Assembly: GCF_964204645.1 (NCBI RefSeq)
Contig: NC_134026.1
Coordinates: 16,340,150-16,404,149 of the forward strand
DNA length: 64,000 nucleotides
Source: Tubulanus polymorphus
Taxonomy: Eukaryota; Animalia; Nemertea
Reading direction: 5' to 3'
Below the pieces are notes generated by a model. That model saw only the letters and a list, made by a program, of their open reading frames with translations. It had not been told where the DNA came from and ran no database searches. How positions within the stretch are numbered: the first letter of the stretch is position 1; each line of letters starts with the position of its first letter. This document shows positions 59,082-64,000 of the stretch, piece after piece. The position numbers and the translations under genes were made by a program.

Positions 59082-62000
59082 TTACTTGATATTTTTTGAT
59101 ATCATAATTACTAACCCAAAAATAATTGCACTTACAACTGTAATTAAAAATAAAATAATATGTTCAGCAGCAAAGTTAATGATGTTTCCTGCAGATTTCA
59201 ATATAAAACCAACAATTGATGCAATAACTCCTGGCAATGCTGCAGCAGATTTTTTAGATAGTTCCCATAAATGTTTTGCTAATTTCTTTAAACCATCTTT
59301 AACTTCATCTTGTATAGAATTATTATCATTCGGGGGTTTATCCGGTTTATTGGGAGTAGGAGTAGATTTCAATGAATTTGATATAGCTAAACCAATTGTT
59401 GTAAATAACATAGTTACAGCTGTTAGAATTGAAAGAATTGTTATTCCTTCTAATTTAAATAATAATTTTATTCTATCTTTCAATGATATTTTAGAATCTG
59501 GTTTTATCAACAAATCTTTAAAAATAACTTTTAATTTTTTAATATGATTAAGATCATATGCTTTTAATGTATCTCTTTCTCTTTCCTGTAATTCTTTGTT
59601 ATATTTTAAATCATCTATTTCTTTTTCTTAAGCTAACTTTCTGCTTTCATAATCAGCTTCCTCGATTAATTGAAGATCTCTATTTAATTCTAATTGCTTT
59701 AATTCTTCATTTGCATTAGTTAATTCTTTTTCTAACATGGTTATTTTAGAAAATCTCATCTTAATATTAGCAATTTCACCAGCTGATTCTTGTATACCTT
59801 TAATTTCTCTACGTGTTCGTTCAGGAAATATTTTTAAATCTTCGTCAGTTAAATCAAGTATTCCTTTTTCTAATAGATGTTGTATTCGATTTATTCCAGT
59901 ACTATTCATCTCTTCTTCTGAATCTCTTAATCTATCAATTTGTTTTTCTAATGTTAATTGTAATTGACTTGAATCATTATCAATTTGTTGAGTGTCTCTT
60001 CTCGATGTTTCGGGTGTTGAAGATCTTAATTTATCTAATCGATCTGTATGATCTTCCATTTCTGGATCAACATCATTAGGATTTAAATTTGGATTTTTAA
60101 ATGGTAAATATTTGTTAATATCAATTTTAGGAATTGGTTTTTCTTCATTTATTCTTTCGATTGCATTCCATATAATTCTAAGAAATTCTGTGCCACCTTT
60201 TGAATGTTCAATTGAAGATCCTGCTAGCATTCCAGGTTCAAAAATATTTTCTTGTCTCATTTTAGATAATTGAATTGATACATTTTTGTTATTTAATTCA
60301 ACATTATAATACCATGCATCATTTTTAAATTCTAAATTATTCATGAAAAATGGGTCATATTCTAAAATCTTATCTACAATATCTTCTGTGCCAACTTTAT
60401 CTATTACATCTTTTGGTAATTATACGTTAACAATTGTATATATTACTCTATTTTTCATTAATTTTAATTGAAATTTCATAAGAGGATCAGTTGTATTTAC
60501 TTATCTTTTCATTAAATCCTTTCTAGATGTTGTGGTTCTAATAACTACCCTTTCGGTAGCTGTCATATATTCTTTAAATTCTTTACGCGTTTCATCATAA
60601 TCATCATCTTCACCTAAATTAGTATTATATTCTATTTTATTATCATCATTAAAACTTGTTTCACTAAAATCAGGTGGCTGTTCTTCAGTTATACCAGGTT
60701 CATTTAAAGGATCTATTGGAAAATCTTCTCCACCTTCTGCCATTTACATAATAAAAAAATTAAAATTTAAAATATAATATTCCTCCGATTACAATTCCTA
60801 TACAAGTTAAAGCTAATTTAGCATTTCCATGGGATTTATTATCATCATTTAGTTTAATTATATCGTGTTGAATATTATCAGTTCTAATATTTTCTGATGT
60901 ATTGTAATCTTTTATTTTAGAATCATTATTTAATTTAATATTATTAGTTTTAGTTTCTGTTGATTGAATATGTTTTTTATTTTTTTCACCTTCCATTAAT
61001 TTTGGAGCAGTAATAATCCCTTTTATTTATATCATTCAATCCAAATGAATTATTTATTGTTGCAGTTTTAATTAGATTATTGTAACCAATTATGTTTCCC
61101 ATCTTTAATACTAAATCATTAGAAATAATTAATAGATTAGGGCCTATACAATAATTTAATCTAATATGTGATTTATCTAAATAATTTTGATATCTTACAA
61201 TGTTTTCTGGAATCGATCTATTTTTATCATTATGAATGGAATCTTCAAATATTAGTTTAAATTGTTTCTGCGCATCGAATGAAGTGTTATCATTTCCAAT
61301 TATTGGTGATCTTGTTTCAACTTGCGCACCTAAAATACAAATTAAATAAGTTCTAATAGATTGATTTATTCTTTGTATACCAGCTTTAGTAAAACCTTCA
61401 CTATTTTCTAAAATGAAATTAACCCAACCATTATTATTTTGTTGTTGTATATTATTATAATATTTTGGTAATTCATTCCAATTTAGTGTTCTTATATCTG
61501 AATTTGTCATTATTTTTCCAAATTCTTTAGTATATAATATTCCTAATCCACCCATTATTCCAATTTTTGCTCTAAAATCTTTATTTGAATTAATATTAAA
61601 TTCATTACATATTTTATAAAACTTAGAAAAATTGATATTATTATTCAATTCTTTAAAATATTTTGAACCTGGTAAAGGACATTCTAATTCATCTAATATT
61701 AATTTTATTTGAAAATAAGTATGAAATCTAAAAAGTGATAACATCAATGGAAAACTTGGTTTATTCGAATGATCATTCCAACTAATTCCGCATCCTGTTG
61801 TTGCGCAATAAACAGCAAAATTTAATTGGTTCTGCCAATACTTCATATTAGATTATAATAACCATTATTTTGCCTCATTTAAATTTTTGAAATTAATTGT
61901 ATACACATGAAATATATTTTCCATCTTTACATGAAAATTATTACTTTCAGTAACATAAATATATAAATCAATTAATGAATTTAAAACTTCATTTCTATAT

Positions 62001-62518
62001 GTAATATCTTTATTAAAATCTATTGCAGGAATATTATATTTAATTGATTTTTTATATTGGAAAGCTTTTGGAAAACTATCTGCCATTTATATAATTAAAA
62101 AATTAATAATTAACTAATTCTTTTAATAATTTATCTTGTTCTTCAACTGTTATATGGCCATTTAAACTTATTATATAATCTAGTGTATTCTTTAATTTAT
62201 TAATTTCTTTTATATTAGTTTTAATATTTTCTTTATTACTTTTTATATTTAATTTTGAACTTATACCGGTTAAAACACTTGAACTTAATCCTAATACACC
62301 AAAGGTGTTAATGGACTGAATATTGCTAGAAATGTTATTACAGAACTAATTGTAACCGAACCACTTATAATCAAATAATATATAATTTTACTTTTTAGAT
62401 ATTTTTTCTTTTTAACTTTTAAATCAAATTCTAATATTTGTTTTTCTAAATATGTTTTTAATTTAGTTTTATTTATATCATGAGGAATAATATCAATATT
62501 ATCAACTTTATCTTCCAT
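59082..62518 (-). pseudogene. Fragmented homologs of the 480-aa, 442-aa and 144-aa membrane proteins
   Basis: ORF pieces 59082-60743, 60760-62086 and 62104-62518 match the termini of the copy-1 proteins. Confidence 0.85.
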
Positions 62519-62540
62519 TTATTTAGCAAAAAAAAAATTA

Positions 62541-62963
62541 CTAATTAGCAAACTTATAAGCAACAAATATAACAATAACAGTTCCACCTAAAATCCAAAT
62601 TATTTCATATTTCTGTTGTTCTTTACTTGGTGTATAATAATCTGATAACTTAGGTTTGTATAGATGTAATTTTTCTTTATTGGTTACCGCGTTATATAAA
62701 CTCATTGCATCATCAACTGATTGAAAATCTCTATGTGAAATCTTCTGATCATATAATTCCTTGTTAATAGAATCCATATAGTTTTGTCGTTTTTCTCTGT
62801 ATTCTTCTGCTGCTTTATTGTATTTCTCTAATGCTAAGTTATGTCTTTTTTGTTCTGTTAATGATCCATTTTTATCAATATGTTTAAATAAATATCCACC
62901 ACCAGTAAATGCCAAAGCGTTAACAATTGCCGATCCTATAATAGTTATAACTGCAGAAGCCAT
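62541..62963 (-). CDS. Small membrane-associated protein, copy 2
   Basis: Intact homolog of 10299-10724. Confidence 0.85.
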   Translation of the reverse strand: MASAVITIIGSAIVNALAFTGGGYLFKHIDKNGSLTEQKRHNLALEKYNKAAEEYREKRQNYMDSINKELYDQKISHRDFQSVDDAMSLYNAVTNKEKLHLYKPKLSDYYTPSKEQQKYEIIWILGGTVIVIFVAYKFAN

Positions 62964-62987
62964 TTATTTAGTAAAATAATTATGTAT

Positions 62988-63209
62988 TTATATGGGAGGA
63001 ATATATTTTTGTTTTTCCAAATAATCAATAGTTAAATTAGATAAAGTAACTGCTAATGTTAATTTTGAAATATCATTTATATCAAATCTATCAACATTAA
63101 CACTTCCCATTTTGAATACTTTTTTTAATACCATTGAATAACCAACAGTTCCAACTGATAGTAATGCTCCATTATATAATCCAGTTATTATCCACTTATT
63201 ATCACTCAT
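62988..63209 (-). CDS. 73-aa hydrophobic protein, copy 2
   Basis: Homolog of 10750-10971. Confidence 0.8.
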   Translation of the reverse strand: MSDNKWIITGLYNGALLSVGTVGYSMVLKKVFKMGSVNVDRFDINDISKLTLAVTLSNLTIDYLEKQKYIPPI

Positions 63210-63566
63210 TTATTTATCAAAAAAATTACTATCATCAAAATATTTAGTTATCTTATTTATGATTAGTTCAACATTTATTTCATTACTAGTTTCATTTGTA
63301 TATATTTCAATTATTATTTTTTTAATATCATCGATGATAAAATCTTCATCTAATTCATAAAATCTTAAAGATTCTCTAATTAAATTAGTAATTTTTTCTA
63401 CATTTAAAGTTTCTTTATCTATTGTTGTTTCATACTCAAATGTTGTTTCATTAGAAAATGTAATATTTTTGATATGTGTAATTACATCATTAACGTTAAA
63501 TTTCATTTCTTTGTCACGTTTAAAATCAAATCCAAAACATATGCTCGGCCCAACAGTTATATTCAT
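63210..63566 (-). CDS. 118-aa hypothetical protein, copy 2
   Basis: Homolog of 10975-11331. Confidence 0.8.
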   Translation of the reverse strand: MNITVGPSICFGFDFKRDKEMKFNVNDVITHIKNITFSNETTFEYETTIDKETLNVEKITNLIRESLRFYELDEDFIIDDIKKIIIEIYTNETSNEINVELIINKITKYFDDSNFFDK

Positions 63567-63581
63567 TTATATAATGAAAAT

Positions 63582-64000
63582 ATTACTCATTACATCTTAT
63601 AACTAATTCATAAATTACAGGAAAGTTATTCAAATCAATTAAATATCCATTGTGATTTCTTATTTCTAATTTAGAATTATTAAATTGAGGAATGCAAGGT
63701 TTAAAATCACATTCTGTTAAATTATAATTTATTTGATTTCCAAATTGTTTAACATTTTTTAGCGGTAAAATAGTATACTAGAACTACAAATTGTTTCTTT
63801 AGTTGCTTCGAAAGTTTTTGTAGGCTCGATTAAATTGCAATAAATATAAAATATGTTCTGAATTTATATGTATTTCCTTTTAATCCTTCATATTCTAAGT
63901 GTATAACTAATTTATCTCCATATTTGTTAGTAACTGTATCAATATTTGTAATTAGATATTTCTTATGGATTATTAATTCTTTTAACTTCTTAAATTTATA
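63582..64000 (-). pseudogene. Penton C-terminal remnant joined by deletion to the OB-fold gene
   Basis: Matches 11348-11620, then jumps to match 12242 onward at about 63850. Confidence 0.85.

Larger units (their letters stand above)
53190..64000. mobile_element. Polinton copy 2, degraded, same orientation and gene order as copy 1; continues past the window end
   Basis: Homologs of copy-1 genes from ORF 1765 through the OB-fold gene, with many frameshifts and stops; no left TIR seen. Confidence 0.93.

Overview
AT-rich, intron-containing animal (probably marine invertebrate) DNA made up almost entirely of mobile elements. Bases 1-16994 are the right-hand part of a nearly intact Polinton/Maverick (adintovirus-like endogenous DNA virus). 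It carries an HNH nuclease, rve integrase-chromodomain, A32-like packaging ATPase, major and minor capsid proteins, a block of membrane proteins, an OB-fold-like protein and a protein-primed PolB, and ends in a 404-bp nested hairpin. A related, decayed, co-oriented Polinton runs from about 53190 past the window end. Between them are a spliced KDZ (Kyakuja-type) transposase pseudogene, a 189-bp satellite, a C2H2 zinc-finger gene, a homeodomain-like/chromodomain gene, Helentron-type HINEs, MITEs, an IS3EU-like transposase pseudogene, RTE-X-like LINE and Penelope fragments with hammerhead-like motifs, a secreted PAN-domain gene and a Merlin fragment. Two signals stand out. (1) Polinton genes fall into two promoter classes resembling poxvirus intermediate (AATAA-N12-TAAATG) and late (T-run...TAAATG) promoters, which hints at a helper-virus-dependent, virophage-like lifestyle. 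(2) A 25-bp GC-rich palindromic micro-element sits in frame in four different Polinton genes (peptide GAVRHPHG), and three orthologous sites in the second copy are empty. All calls come from reading the sequence by eye; no database searches were run.
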